NCBI GenBank assembly: GCA_963701965.1
Contig: OY969695.1
Span: 3,072,001-3,136,000 of the forward strand
Reading direction: 5' to 3'
Length of the DNA stretch: 64,000 nt
From: an uncultured Gemmatimonadales bacterium
Lineage (GTDB): Bacteria; Gemmatimonadota; Gemmatimonadetes; Gemmatimonadales; Gemmatimonadaceae
Shown: positions 38,816-49,601 of the stretch, piece by piece
Numbering within the stretch: the first letter of the stretch is position 1
Layout: the number at the start of each line of letters is the position of its first letter
Made by a program: the position numbers and the translations under genes
Notes under the pieces: generated by a model
What the model was told of the DNA's origin: nothing
The model's database searches: none
What the model saw: only the letters and a program-made list of their open reading frames with translations

Positions 38816-39604
38816 CTACGCACCGGCCGTCGCAATCACGAAGATGTAGTCCCCGACATCATCATGGTCTGCCACGACGCGGTCGATGCGCCCCGACGCG
38901 AGATCCGCTTCGAGTCGAGCGAGTCCTGACACCAACTCTTCAGCGCTTGCTAACAGGCGAAATCCGGACGATCCGGCCCGCACTTCGGGCCGGAGATACT
39001 GGGCTGGGCGATGCTTGTGCGAATACAGGAAGTGATCCTGCAGATCGTCCCGGACGATGTAGGGCTCCGTCGTGACAGACGCGAATCCGGACTGCTCGAG
39101 TAGCGCGCACAGCGCCGGGACCTCGGGGACGCCGGCCGCCGCTCTGGCGAGCATGTTCGGGAAATATTCGTTGAGCCAGTAGTGCTGGAGCTGCTCGGGA
39201 GTAAACGTGAACAGTACGAGCCGGGCATCTCTTCGGAGTACGCGGGCGATCTCCGCGAGACCGGCGGCGTCGTCGGTCCAGTGATGCATGGTCAGCATCG
39301 CCAGCGCGCCGTCAGCGCACGCATCCGCGAGCGGCAATCGCTCGGCGGCGGCCTGAACGATAGCGGCGCCAGAACACTGCGCCCGCGCCGTTGCCACCAT
39401 GGTCGCCGATGGATCGACGCCTATGCAATGCAGGCCGCGACGCGTCAACGCGGCCAGGTAATTCCCCGTGCCGCACCCGATGTCGAGGTACCTACCATGC
39501 GGCGAGGGGACGAGGTGCGCCACAATGCGGTCCGTGATGTAGGGGTCGGCCGCACGGGTCGCGTTGTACCCGCTCCCAATTGTGTCGTACACGGGCACGG
39601 TCAT
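38816..39604 (-). CDS. Class I SAM-dependent methyltransferase
   Basis: LDIGCGTG, GVDPS, AERLPL. Confidence 0.9.
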   Translation of the reverse strand: MTVPVYDTIGSGYNATRAADPYITDRIVAHLVPSPHGRYLDIGCGTGNYLAALTRRGLHCIGVDPSATMVATARAQCSGAAIVQAAAERLPLADACADGALAMLTMHHWTDDAAGLAEIARVLRRDARLVLFTFTPEQLQHYWLNEYFPNMLARAAAGVPEVPALCALLEQSGFASVTTEPYIVRDDLQDHFLYSHKHRPAQYLRPEVRAGSSGFRLLASAEELVSGLARLEADLASGRIDRVVADHDDVGDYIFVIATAGA

Positions 39605-39775
39605 GAAATCAGTATAACCGCGTCCACGCTCGTTCACCGTGATCGAGGCCTGGCGCTTCTTCGCTCGCCGCCCGATTAGCCCTGTGAAGATCGACCAATC
39701 GCGATCGAGTTGAACGATGCAAAGGGATCACGCCGGACGACTATCAGCAGTCGTGTAGCGTGGCCTTGGATCAGG

Positions 39776-39880
39776 AGAGTTCCGATTCAGGGGTTCGCGC
39801 GGACGTCATCCGCCACCCGGATTCACGGCATCTTCCGTCATCTTGAGAGCGAGGCTACGGCACCGACGCCGCATTCGCCA
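39776..39880 (+). repeat. L1 att arm without core
   Basis: Matches 506-612. Confidence 0.85.
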
Positions 39881-39902
39881 ACTTTTACAAGACACGTGCA
39901 GT

Positions 39903-39945
39903 TATACAGATCTGTAAAATCGAGCTATTTGCAGATCTGTAAAAA
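39903..39945 (+). promoter_or_regulatory. Two ACAGATCTGT-type palindromes upstream of the AbiE-like operon
   Basis: tacagatctgta and tgcagatctgta, 25 bp apart. Confidence 0.65.
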
Positions 39946-39964
39946 GCGCCATATATTGTAAACA

Positions 39965-41064
39965 ATGCCCGAGCGTGCCTCGCATCATTTGTTGAATCGC
40001 GCCCTCAGATTCTTGCGAGGTGCGGCGCCTGCCGTGCGCGTGCTCCCCCTCAGCAGCAACGAGGCGACGGGCATCATCACCGTCGAGGGACCCGGCGACC
40101 AGGCGAGTCGGTTGCAGCTCGTCCGGTGGGACGCACGCGATGCAGGAGAACGGCGCGCGCCCAACGCCGATTCGCGCGCTACCCGCGTGTGGGTCGTGGC
40201 CAAAGCCTCGACTCGCCAGCGGCAGCTATGGCGCGAGCGCAACGAGAATTTCATAGATCTAAGCGGCGCCATTCGACTCATCCTGCCCACGTTCGTGGTC
40301 GACCGGACCGACTTGGCGGCAGCGACGCGGCCTGAGGCGGATACCGTGGGTCACACGCGCAATCCCTTCGCGGACCGTGCATCGCTCGTCGTTCGGACAC
40401 TACTCGAGCGCCCGGACGAGTCATGGAGTGTCACGGCGCTCGCCAAAGCGGCCGAATCGTGTCGGTCCCCACCGTCTCGCTCGTGGCCGAAGGGTTGCGA
40501 GAGATGGGCGTGCTCTCGCCGATCAGTCGGCGTGGCGTGATCATGCTCAATGATCCGGTGGCTCTCGATCACCCAATGGGCGCGCCGTTATGACTGGCGT
40601 CAAAATCGGGCGATCGAGTTTGCTGCACCGATGGGAAGTCCTGCCAGGTTCCTGAGGCGACTGCCAGAGATTCTCGGACCGTCCGCGCTGGAACGCAGCC
40701 GACCCGATCACATCCCAGCGAGCGGCGTTGGGCGCTCACACTACAGGCCGGGGCCTCGCTCGTCGACCCACATGCCGACTGGGATATCGTGCACATCTAT
40801 GTCGATGCCGAATCAGTAAACGACCTTGTCGCGATCGGAACGCACGCGGGATGGCCGACTTCCTCGGGGGGAAGAGTGGTACTGATGCTGCCCCGCTACA
40901 GGACTTCGGTTTGGTACCACGCATCGGTAGTCCGCGCTTTGCCAGTCGTGAGCCGCGTGCAACTCGTGCTCGATCTCTGGCACTATCCGGTCCGTGGACG
41001 GGAGCAAGCGGAGCATCTGATGCGCGACGTCGGCTTCGGGGGCGCGAGGGCGAGCCTCCGGTGA
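39965..41064 (+). pseudogene. Type IV TA AbiEi-like antitoxin, frameshifted
   Basis: NFIDLSG, NPFADRASLVVRTLL and VSRVQLVLDLWHYPVRGREQAE over three frames. Confidence 0.7.
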
Positions 41065-41964
41065 GCGACGACGGGAAGAAGCCGGACCTCGAGCATGCGA
41101 TGGCGCGTCTGCTGTGGATCCTGCGCGATTACCTCTCAGACCTCGTCATCATTGGCGGTTGGGTTCCATATCTCTACAAGCATTACAGTGGCGATCCGTG
41201 GGTTGGGCGTCAGTCGCGCACCACGGAGATCGACGTCCTCGCGATACCGCCTGTCCCCATACGTGCAGGGTGCACCGCTCGATAGCATACTCACGGCAGC
41301 GGGGCTCAGACCCGCCCGCAAAGAGGGCCCGTCCGCGGTCTGGTCAGCCGCCGATCAAACCGGTGAGGAGATCGAGTTCCTTACACCGCTCTTGTCCGCA
41401 CGGCAGCATGGACAGACCGTCGCCGTGACCGGGCACGGCCAGATCGGCACAATCGGCCTGCCGCTCCTCGGCCTCCTGGGACACCATTCGACGACGCTCA
41501 CCATTCCGGTCGGGGAGTTCGACGGCCGATTGCAAGAACTCTCGGTCCGAGTGCCACGGTTGGGTGCCTACGTTTTGAACAAGGCCGCCACTGTCCAGGC
41601 GCGCACTGCACACGTGGACGGGGGCAATCCCAAGAAGGCAAAGGACCTCGTGTACCTTCACGACGTCATGGCCGCCGGGGACGTGGTTCGGCAACGGGTC
41701 GAGTCCGACATCAGGCTCATGCTACAGCGTACAAAGAAGACGAGCGTTGAACAGCATGCGATTCGAACTGCGATCAGTACACTAGTCACGCTACTCGATC
41801 AACGGCGGCGCCACGAGCTCGTCTCGTTAGCAGCCGCGGAACTGGGTACCCGCGACGGATTGGCGTTGGTCAATGCTGAGGCGCAGATCCGCGGACAGCT
41901 GACGGATCTCTTGGAAATGTTCCGCGAGATAGTGGCATCGCGTCGACGCCGCCCCACCGGTTAG
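41061..41964 (+). pseudogene. Nucleotidyltransferase-fold toxin (AbiEii/GSU2403-like), frameshift near 41255
   Basis: LVIIGGW...RTTEIDV, IEFLTP, KKAKDLVY; GTGA overlap with the upstream gene. Confidence 0.7.
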
Positions 41965-42103
41965 TTCGCCATAGCGCGACGGAAGTGCAGGGAGTGGCAA
42001 TCGAGGTAGACGCGCTTCGAGTCCCAGCGGTGCGTTGGGCCGCGCTACTTCGATCGATCTTCGCGCATCTGATCGGGATGAGAATACCTGGTGTGCTTTT
42101 CGC

Positions 42104-42167
42104 CTTTTACGGCAATCGACTCATACTTTTTACGGCAATCGACTACGACTTTCTACGGCAATCGACT
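42104..42167 (+). repeat. Three direct repeats of ttnTACGGCAATCGACT with a 23-bp period
   Basis: TAC of each unit at 42108, 42131 and 42154. Confidence 0.9.
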
Positions 42168-42249
42168 TCGAGATGTGCCGCAAAACGTCCCCAGTAGCCT
42201 CCAAGTGTGCACGATTTGTGGCAACTCAACACCGGGCGGTGTGAGGCAG

Positions 42250-42575
42250 TCCCTTCGAGCGCGACGAGCGGCCCGCGCTCCAGCCGCTCGCGCCCCGCCC
42301 GTATCCGCGGGTCGTCCTGCCGGCCGCGCCCAGCGATCCCCCCGCGGCCCCCATCCCGACCCGCATCGTCGTCGTCGAACGGCGTCCGCTCGCCGCCTAC
42401 GCCGCGCTCGCGGAGGCTGTCTCATGACCGGGCTGACCGTCGCGAGCGCCTGCGCGCGCAACTCGCCGACCTCAGATGCTAGGGGCCTTGAAAGCGCTCG
42501 ACACCGTCCTCCAGCGCGTGGATGCGGGCAGCCTCCCCGCCGCGGCCGCACTCGAAGCCCTGCTTGGCGCCGCGT
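42250..42575 (+). mobile_element. IS21-family remnant (istA 3' end and istB 5' end)
   Basis: VVERRPLAAYAALAEAVS* overlapping MTG...RERLRAQLADL...GALKALDTVL. Confidence 0.65.
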
Positions 42576-42791
42576 TGGGCGTCGTCGGTCCGCGCTCGCC
42601 GGTGAAGATCAGATCTGAGGTGCCGCGCGGCAACTCTCTGCGCGGGACGGCGAGCCGTAGTGCGAAGATCGTGGTGCGCGTAGCGATCGCGGCCACTGTG
42701 TGCTGTGCCTGCGTGGCGCAGGTTGCCATTTAGGGGAACCAACCCAAGCCTACAGTCAGATCGCCATGAGGGCGTCGTGTAGCGGTGTATG

Positions 42792-43769
42792 TCATCTCGA
42801 CGTCAATGTTGTCCTGTTCGTGGTGCGGACGGGCGATCGTGTCGCTTGGGCGTCGCCTGTCTCGGCGTGCACTCCCTGCTCTCGGCCGATCGGAAAATGG
42901 CTCTGGATCAACGCCATCCATGCGCGCAGGGTCGGAGCGTGCGGTCCGTCGTTTCTGAGAAGAAAGCCGATCGTACGAAATCGTCGCGGCCGGAGACGGG
43001 ATGCCCGGACTCCCGGTGGGGAATTGTGAATGGACAGACGCGGCACGATGGTCACTCCCAATCCCTCTGCGACCATGGCGAGAACCGTGTTGACCTGCTT
43101 GACCTCCCGGTGGAGTGGCAGTCCGAGCCCGGCATCGCGAAACAGCTGTCGAATGTGATCTTCGCATCCGCCGCCCGACAACAGGAATGGGTGCCAATGC
43201 AACGACTCGAGCTCGACGCCGCCGACCGTGATCGGCCGTGCTGCCGCGGGAACAACGGCCATCCACTCGTCGCGCGTCATGACCTGTTGCAGGAGTCCTG
43301 GCTGCGGCAACGTGGCAAATCCGATGTCAGCCGCTCCGCTGGCGCACCACTCGCCGACCTCGCCGTCCGTGCCCTCGAACAAGGAGATCTCGATGGCGGG
43401 AAAGCGGCTGTGGAACTCGCGGATGAGCCGCGGCAGGAGTGTGCTGCCGACGCTCGGGACGGCGGCAATGCGCAGATGGCCTTCGCGCAGTTCGGTCAAC
43501 CCGGCGATCTCGTGTCGGAGCGCCTCCACAGACGCGAGTATCCGCTGGACGTGAGGCAGGATGCGCACGCCAGTCTCAGAAAGGCGTAGACCCCTCCGAG
43601 TCTCTCGCGTCGTCAGTGTCGCGCCCAACGTCTCTGCGAGGACCGCGAGCGTGTGGCTGGCGCCGGATTGGGACATTCCAAGCTGACACGCCGAGCGAAC
43701 AAGCCCGTCACCCCGTGCGACTTCCGCCAAGAGGCGCAGTCCACGAATCGACGGCTCACCAACGGCCAT
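42792..43769 (-). CDS. LysR-family regulator
   Basis: LGMSQSGASH HTH, GHLRIAA, MVAEGLGVTIVP. Confidence 0.9.
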   Translation of the reverse strand: MAVGEPSIRGLRLLAEVARGDGLVRSACQLGMSQSGASHTLAVLAETLGATLTTRETRRGLRLSETGVRILPHVQRILASVEALRHEIAGLTELREGHLRIAAVPSVGSTLLPRLIREFHSRFPAIEISLFEGTDGEVGEWCASGAADIGFATLPQPGLLQQVMTRDEWMAVVPAAARPITVGGVELESLHWHPFLLSGGGCEDHIRQLFRDAGLGLPLHREVKQVNTVLAMVAEGLGVTIVPRLSIHNSPPGVRASRLRPRRFRTIGFLLRNDGPHAPTLRAWMALIQSHFPIGREQGVHAETGDAQATRSPVRTTNRTTLTSR

Positions 43770-43850
43770 CTTCAATGTTCGATTTTCATCATGATTCATA
43801 TGCTATCATTCGATTTGACTCATATCGAATATACCACCATCATAACCGTC

Positions 43851-44591
43851 ATGCTCATGTCCCCACGCCACAGCGTCACGGCCGTCGCGATCATCGGCGA
43901 CTACGACCCGCACTTTCCTCCGCACCCGGCAACGACGGCCGCGGTACTGCATTCCGCCCACGCCCTTGGCATCAATGTCAGAGCCGACTGGATATCGACC
44001 GAGGTCGCTGACGTCCCGGCGCTCGCCAAGTACTCGGCACTATGGATTGCCCCCGGAAGCCCCTACAAGAACATGCGGAAGACGCTGGACGCCATTCGGT
44101 ATGCGCGGGAGAGCAATGTCCCGTGCCTTGGGACCTGCGGAGGGTTGCAGCACATCGTCATTGAGTACGCCCGCAATGTGCTGGGATACGTAGACGCCCA
44201 ACATGCGGAGTACGAACCGAGTTCATCGGCTCTCTTCATCTCTGCCCTGGCGTGCTCGCCCGCTGGCCGGGAGATGCACGTCGCCCTGGTTGCCGGCTCC
44301 AAGGTCGCGGGTTGTTACGGCTCCCTCCACGTCATGGAGCGGTATTATTGCAATTTCGGTGTGAACCCGCTGGTCGTGCCAATGTTCAGCAACGGACCAA
44401 TGCGAATCGTCGGTTCCGACGAGGATGGGGAGGTTCGAGTGCTCGAACTCGAGGATCACCCGTTCTTTGTCGCGACGCTGTTCGTGCCGCAGAATCGCTC
44501 ACGGACAGACGCGCCGCATCCGCTGGTGACGTCATTCATTAGCGCCGCGCATGGCGCTGGCATCCTGCCGTCGAGCGGTGATATTCCATGA
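43851..44591 (+). CDS. Stand-alone CTP-synthase-like glutamine amidotransferase domain
   Basis: IIGDY, PGSPY, LGTCGGLQH, HPFFVATLFVPQ. Confidence 0.85.
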   Translation: MLMSPRHSVTAVAIIGDYDPHFPPHPATTAAVLHSAHALGINVRADWISTEVADVPALAKYSALWIAPGSPYKNMRKTLDAIRYARESNVPCLGTCGGLQHIVIEYARNVLGYVDAQHAEYEPSSSALFISALACSPAGREMHVALVAGSKVAGCYGSLHVMERYYCNFGVNPLVVPMFSNGPMRIVGSDEDGEVRVLELEDHPFFVATLFVPQNRSRTDAPHPLVTSFISAAHGAGILPSSGDIP

Positions 44592-44800
44592 CGCATTGGA
44601 GACCGTTGGTCGAACGCCAATGGTCGAGCTCGCGCGGTTGGCGAGGGATCGTCCGCATTGGGTCATCGCGAAGCTTGAAAGCGCAATCCCGGCGGCAGCG
44701 TCAAAGTCCGACCGGGCATTGTGCTCATCGAGGATCCTGACCGAGGAAGCTGTCGTCGACCGTTGCCGTCTCAACGCTGACATCGTTGAGGTCGCCGTGA
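44575..44800 (+). pseudogene. Cysteine synthase-like N-terminal fragment
   Basis: VGRTPMVEL...AKLE...KSDRA; truncated. Confidence 0.6.
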
Positions 44801-44849
44801 AGGAGCGCGCTCAGGCGCCCAGCCGTAGGGTGTAGCGGCTTCGATTGTG

Positions 44850-45090
44850 CGCGCGGCCGGCATTGAGGTCCACCGTTTCGGGGGCGCGACGGTCCGAATC
44901 TACAGCGCGGCTAAGACCGTCGTGGACTGTTTCAAATTCCGCCGTAGGGTCGGCCTCGACGTCGCCCTTGAGGCGCTGCACGATTATCTGAAGCGGCGTG
45001 GCTACGCGGCGAATGCGCTCTGGCGTTACGCTCAACTCGAACGTATGACCACTATCATGCAGCCGTACATCGAAGCACTGCTCTTTTCAT
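44850..45090 (+). pseudogene. C-terminal fragment of an AbiEi-family antitoxin
   Basis: VRIYSAAKTVVDCFKFRRRVGLDVALEAL...QPYIEAL. Confidence 0.75.
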
Positions 45091-45969
45091 GCAGCACCAT
45101 ACACGATCGACATATCGTCATTCTGACGCGCAATGTCAGATTTGACATTTAATCGGTTATTGTAGGGTCTCGCTACGCGACGGCGTCGTCGAGTCATTGT
45201 CGACGCGCCCGATGCGTTCGCCGGGCGCGTGCTATGGTCACAGGCTCCAAGACGATTCAATTTCCGGCCCAAGCGGCCGATAGAGGGTGCATCAAATGGG
45301 AGGTCTCTTTGATCATCCAGGCTATCTCGGATTGACATCGCTGGGGGTAATCGCGATTCATGCAGACTGGCCAGTGTATCCTGCCGAGCATGGAAGCGAG
45401 GTCGCCCTGCGGACGCTCGGCCAGTTTCCACGCGACAACTCGCTGTCGGTCGTGGACAGCATAGATCAGTGTTTCCTGTTGCGTCTCGATACGCCACGGG
45501 ATATGAAGGACCCCTTTTACTGCGCGATCTGGCACAAAGATGCGCTCGAGTTGTTGACGGCGGGATTCATTCGTGGTCGCTCAAACCTTATTCCTATCGA
45601 CTGGATCAATGCGCACGGAGCGCGTCCCCTGACTATCGGTCTGATCTCGGCTCGTCAACTCGTCGGCCAGCGCTAGCATGCTGACGCGCGCTTGGATAAG
45701 CTTCTCCCTGGTGTCCATGGGCTTCACCCCCGGTAAGTGTGGTTGTCTCGACAACACCAGCTTACCACCGGGCGAGGATCATGGGCACCTCGCTTTTACG
45801 TCACACTGTCCGCCGATCTCCCGCTAAGTACACTTTTATCCGCGCGGCGCACGGTCCTGACCAACGTCACCTCCAACCACGAGCCCGAGAGTACGGAACG
45901 CTACGGGGTCCTTCCCACACTTGTCATCTATCTCCGCCCCAGTTTTGGTGGGTTGCTACTGGTAGCACT

Positions 45970-47370
45970 TCACTCAGGGGCCGCTCTTGACTTCACGTCC
46001 GCGTGCGCCTCGGCGTTCAGACTGACAGACTCCTTCGCTCGCGCCGCGAGCCGGGCACTGAAAAGGTGCTGTCGAGCGACCTCCTCGCCACGACTGGTCA
46101 GCACACTCTCTCCCGTCTTTTGATCGCGTCGGAGATGAGCGAGTCGGCGACCGTGCAAAACGCCCGAAGTGCGAGTGTCGTAGCCGTGTCGCTTGAGGAG
46201 GCGGGCGAGCTCTCGCCGACTGATGCGTCCGCCGCGCTCGTAGATCTCTGCGATGATGACGTTTGTGCCGGGAGCGGGTAGGGGCGGTGCTGAGTCAGCG
46301 GCAGCCACGGCGCGCGTATAGTATCGTCCCCTCCGCTGTCCGTGCGCGCGCAGCAGACCATGTGCAGCCAGTGCGTCGACATGGTATCGGACCGTGCGGT
46401 ACGGCATGCGCAACTGCACGCCGATCGCCGTGGTCGTCGCGCGGCCGAGCGTCGTCACGAGATCCAGCACCTGCTGTTGAATGTCGGACAGCTCGATCAG
46501 CGAATGCTCGACCCGAAGCTTCGCCTCGAGCGATCGTTGCTGTGCGCGCTGCGCCTGGAGCAGGAAGAGGAGCCAGCGACCGAATGACGCTGGGTCATCG
46601 CGCATGGCGATCTGCGATTCTCGCAGGGCGGCGTAGTACGCGGCCTTGCTTTCTTCGATGACCCGTTCATGTGACGCATAGGGCACATAGTCGTATCCCG
46701 CTCGCAGTAGCAGCAGTGTCGTCAGAGCTCGTGCGAGGCGTCCGTTGCCATCCTGGAAGGGATGGATGGCGATCAAGTCGACAATGAAGCGCGCAATGAC
46801 GACGAGCGGGTGGATGATCTGGCCCTCGAGCGCCTGGTTCGTCGCGGCCACGAGCGCAGCCATGAGACGAGGTGTATCGAATGGACTCGCGGTCTCGAAG
46901 ACCAGCTCCGTATGCCCGTCAGGGTGTCGCGCCTCGACATTGTTCGGAAATTTTTTGTACTCCCCTCGATGACGCTCATCCTTTTCCGAGTACTTCAGTA
47001 GGACGCTGTGAAGTTGCCTGATATGGTTTTCGGTTAGCGCGATCGCAGTCCAGCTATCGTAGATCAGCGTCACCAGCTCACCATATCCGCGCACCTCCGA
47101 CTCGTCGCGCGCACGGAACGAGTCGATGTGTAATCCCTCGAGTACTCGTGCTACCTCGGCGTCGCTGAGCTCGGCCCCTTCGATCCGGGTTGAGCTGGCG
47201 GTCGACTCGATCGTCGTGACTTGGCGCAACTGTGCCAGGCGCTCGGTCCGGACTTCGTTCACACGCCGCCAATGCCCTTTGAACTCATCGATCTCGCCGA
47301 TGAGCCGGAGCATTTCGGCGGTTTGAACACGACTGAGGCTAGGAAGAAAATCGTCGGGCGAGAGTGTCAT
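45970..47370 (-). CDS. Fic-family protein with C-terminal HTH region(s)
   Basis: STRIEG inhibitory motif, HPFQDGNGRLAR. Confidence 0.92.
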   Translation of the reverse strand: MTLSPDDFLPSLSRVQTAEMLRLIGEIDEFKGHWRRVNEVRTERLAQLRQVTTIESTASSTRIEGAELSDAEVARVLEGLHIDSFRARDESEVRGYGELVTLIYDSWTAIALTENHIRQLHSVLLKYSEKDERHRGEYKKFPNNVEARHPDGHTELVFETASPFDTPRLMAALVAATNQALEGQIIHPLVVIARFIVDLIAIHPFQDGNGRLARALTTLLLLRAGYDYVPYASHERVIEESKAAYYAALRESQIAMRDDPASFGRWLLFLLQAQRAQQRSLEAKLRVEHSLIELSDIQQQVLDLVTTLGRATTTAIGVQLRMPYRTVRYHVDALAAHGLLRAHGQRRGRYYTRAVAAADSAPPLPAPGTNVIIAEIYERGGRISRRELARLLKRHGYDTRTSGVLHGRRLAHLRRDQKTGESVLTSRGEEVARQHLFSARLAARAKESVSLNAEAHADVKSRAAPE

Positions 47371-47580
47371 ATGTGTTGCCGACAGGTAGCCGACAAGCCA
47401 TAAGCCGGCCGTCAATAATGTTGCCGATAGATTGCCGATAATTAACCGCATTTTCGGGTTCGCGCCAGAGGGGCGAGGTGCCCGGCTGCTTCTACTACGG
47501 ACGTTTCATGCCACCCAACGTCGACAGAGCGATCGAAGCCGAATCTGCCTGCCCACCACACCGCACAACGAGGGACATCG

Positions 47581-47700
47581 GTGGCTTACTACCTTGATCC
47601 ATACTCGCCACAAACCTACGAAGCGTTCAAAAACTCTGCACACTCCCTCTCTGGTTTTCGCCTCAGGCAGAAGAGCATTGCCGAACGAATTAGAGAACAC
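47581..47700 (+). pseudogene. N-terminal fragment of an EVE-like domain protein
   Basis: MAYYLDPYSPQTYEAF...SGFRLRQKSIAERI with a GAGG RBS; truncated before the att arm. Confidence 0.45.
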
Positions 47701-47784
47701 AGTCTTTTCTCGCGCCACACCGACGCGGCTGGAGTGGACGTTCGGACGTCGTTGTGGTGCGCGATACCAATAACTCGGGGACGT

Positions 47785-48145
47785 CTATCGGGAAACGACG
47801 GCACCGGCGCCCAGTCTCCCTCCCGAGTACGGCAAATTGTTGGTTTATGGTGACCTACCTGGTCGACTGTTAACCGGGAGACCGCTGGTTCAAATCCAGC
47901 CGCCCCAGTTTTGAACTAACGCAAAATCATCGACTTGCGCCTTCGACACTCAGCCCACGAGTGCTCGGGGGCGCGTTGGGGGCGCGTAATATCCGTCCAC
48001 GGCCCGTAGCGATTTCCCACTGCTCACCCAACTTCGACGGCTCGTTCATCACAGCGAGTATCGTGTCAGAATCGGGCTGCTGAGAGCACTTCAATAACAT
48101 CCACGTCCCTTTCCATCCGCCTGCTGCGGCGACATCGCCGAGCTA
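47785..48145 (+). repeat. att junction: L2 arm, tRNA-Asn core (47865-47908), R1 arm and integrase 3' remnant (minus strand, ~47950-48145)
   Basis: Core gactgttaaccgggagaccgctggttcaaatccagccgccccag; 48014-48136 matches 802-925. Confidence 0.92.
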
Positions 48146-48183
48146 GGCGTTGGTTGTGAGTGTAACCGCGGGTGTATCAGCGT

Positions 48184-49362
48184 TCATCGCTGCGCAGCTT
48201 TGGCTCCAGATCTCGCCTCACTGACGACATCGAGGATTTCACGGGCGAGGTACACTCTGCCTCTGGCGTTCCCAGTCACCTCTGCAAGAATTCCATTGCG
48301 TTGGAGAGTGTTGATGCAACTTTGCGCTGTGCGGAATGTGACCCCTAGGAAGCCTTTCGCCAAATTGGCCGTTGTTACTGGCACGACGAACAATTGATCA
48401 ACCAGCTTCGTGGTGAGCACTGAGGCGCGCGCGACTTGGCACCGGTTCCGAAATTCATCTCTCAGCGCAAGCAGCTTAGTCAATCGAGCAACCGCGTCCG
48501 TGGCTTGTTCGCTTACTCCCTGCAGAAAGAATGTGATCCATCCTGTCCACTCGCTGCGCTGGCTTACCGCAAGCAGGTGATCGTAGTACGCCGTGCGGTG
48601 GTTCTCGAAATAGGCGCTGAGATAGAGTAGCGGCTGGGTCAGAACTCCATCGATTGCCAGTAGCAATGCGATCAGCAGCCGGCCAATGCGTCCGTTGCCG
48701 TCAAGGAATGGATGAATCGCCTCGAACTGATAATGAATGAGCGCGAGCCGGATCAGGGGGGGGATGCTTGAATGTTGATGGAGGAAGACTTCGAGGTCAT
48801 TCAAGCATATGCGCATTTCGTCCGGCGGTGGCGGAACGTAGCGCGCGTCGCTCAACGGGCAGTTCGGGGCGCCGATCCAATTCTGCGACGTTCTGAACGC
48901 GCCGGGCGTCAGGTGGTCGCCTCTGACGCCATCGAGCAACTTCGAGTGAAGCTCACAGAACAATCGCGAGCTGACCGGAAGCGTTTGCTGACGCGTGAGC
49001 CCGTACTCGAGTGCCCTGACGTAGTTCGCGACTTCTTGTACGTCCGGTGCCTGTGGTGTGACGCTTGGAGCGGCCTCGAAGAGAAACAGATCTGACAGTG
49101 AGGCTTGGGTGCCTTCAATACGGCTGGAGAGTACAGCCTCTCGCCGCATGAACGGTGCAATGAGCAGGTGCGGATTGGCCAATGTCTGCGCGACACCGGA
49201 GAGTCGTCCTACGGCACGATCCGCTTCGGACAGTTGCCTGATGAGTTCGGTGTCCCACTCGAGTCCGCTCGGAGGCAGCGGATCTGGGATGAATGCCCAA
49301 TAACCGGCAGGCATTTTCTGAAGTCTGCCGGAAGGGTGATCGTTGAACTCATTGCGGTCCAT
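48184..49362 (-). CDS. Fic-family protein
   Basis: EAVLSSRIEGT, HPFLDGNGRIGR. Confidence 0.93.
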   Translation of the reverse strand: MDRNEFNDHPSGRLQKMPAGYWAFIPDPLPPSGLEWDTELIRQLSEADRAVGRLSGVAQTLANPHLLIAPFMRREAVLSSRIEGTQASLSDLFLFEAAPSVTPQAPDVQEVANYVRALEYGLTRQQTLPVSSRLFCELHSKLLDGVRGDHLTPGAFRTSQNWIGAPNCPLSDARYVPPPPDEMRICLNDLEVFLHQHSSIPPLIRLALIHYQFEAIHPFLDGNGRIGRLLIALLLAIDGVLTQPLLYLSAYFENHRTAYYDHLLAVSQRSEWTGWITFFLQGVSEQATDAVARLTKLLALRDEFRNRCQVARASVLTTKLVDQLFVVPVTTANLAKGFLGVTFRTAQSCINTLQRNGILAEVTGNARGRVYLAREILDVVSEARSGAKAAQR

Positions 49363-49601
49363 TGGTTGGCTGTGCGTGAGTAATGGGGAAGACTGATCCG
49401 AGTCGACGAGCTGGTCGCGGGCTTCTTTGTAGTATGAAAGTACCACTAAACTGCCAGTTATTATATTATTCCACTAAAAAGTATAATAGCGGCCGGCGAG
49501 AAGTACGTGAGTACCGCTAGCCCGGCTTGGCAGTGCCACTAAAGTCGCACATATTAGTGTGACTATAGTAACACCCATCCAAACTCCTCAGAGAGGCTCG
49601 C

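Noticed and set aside
42104..42167. CRISPR array
   Set aside because: Only three units of ~17 bp with ~6 bp spacers, and no cas genes.
45287..45676. 129-aa hypothetical ORF
   Set aside because: Plausible but has no motif, clear RBS or context, so it was not called.
654..47908. Functional tRNA-Asn genes at the core copies
   Set aside because: Only the 3' half is present. No D-arm or 5' acceptor strand, the anticodon stem is unpaired, and two copies have mutated loops.
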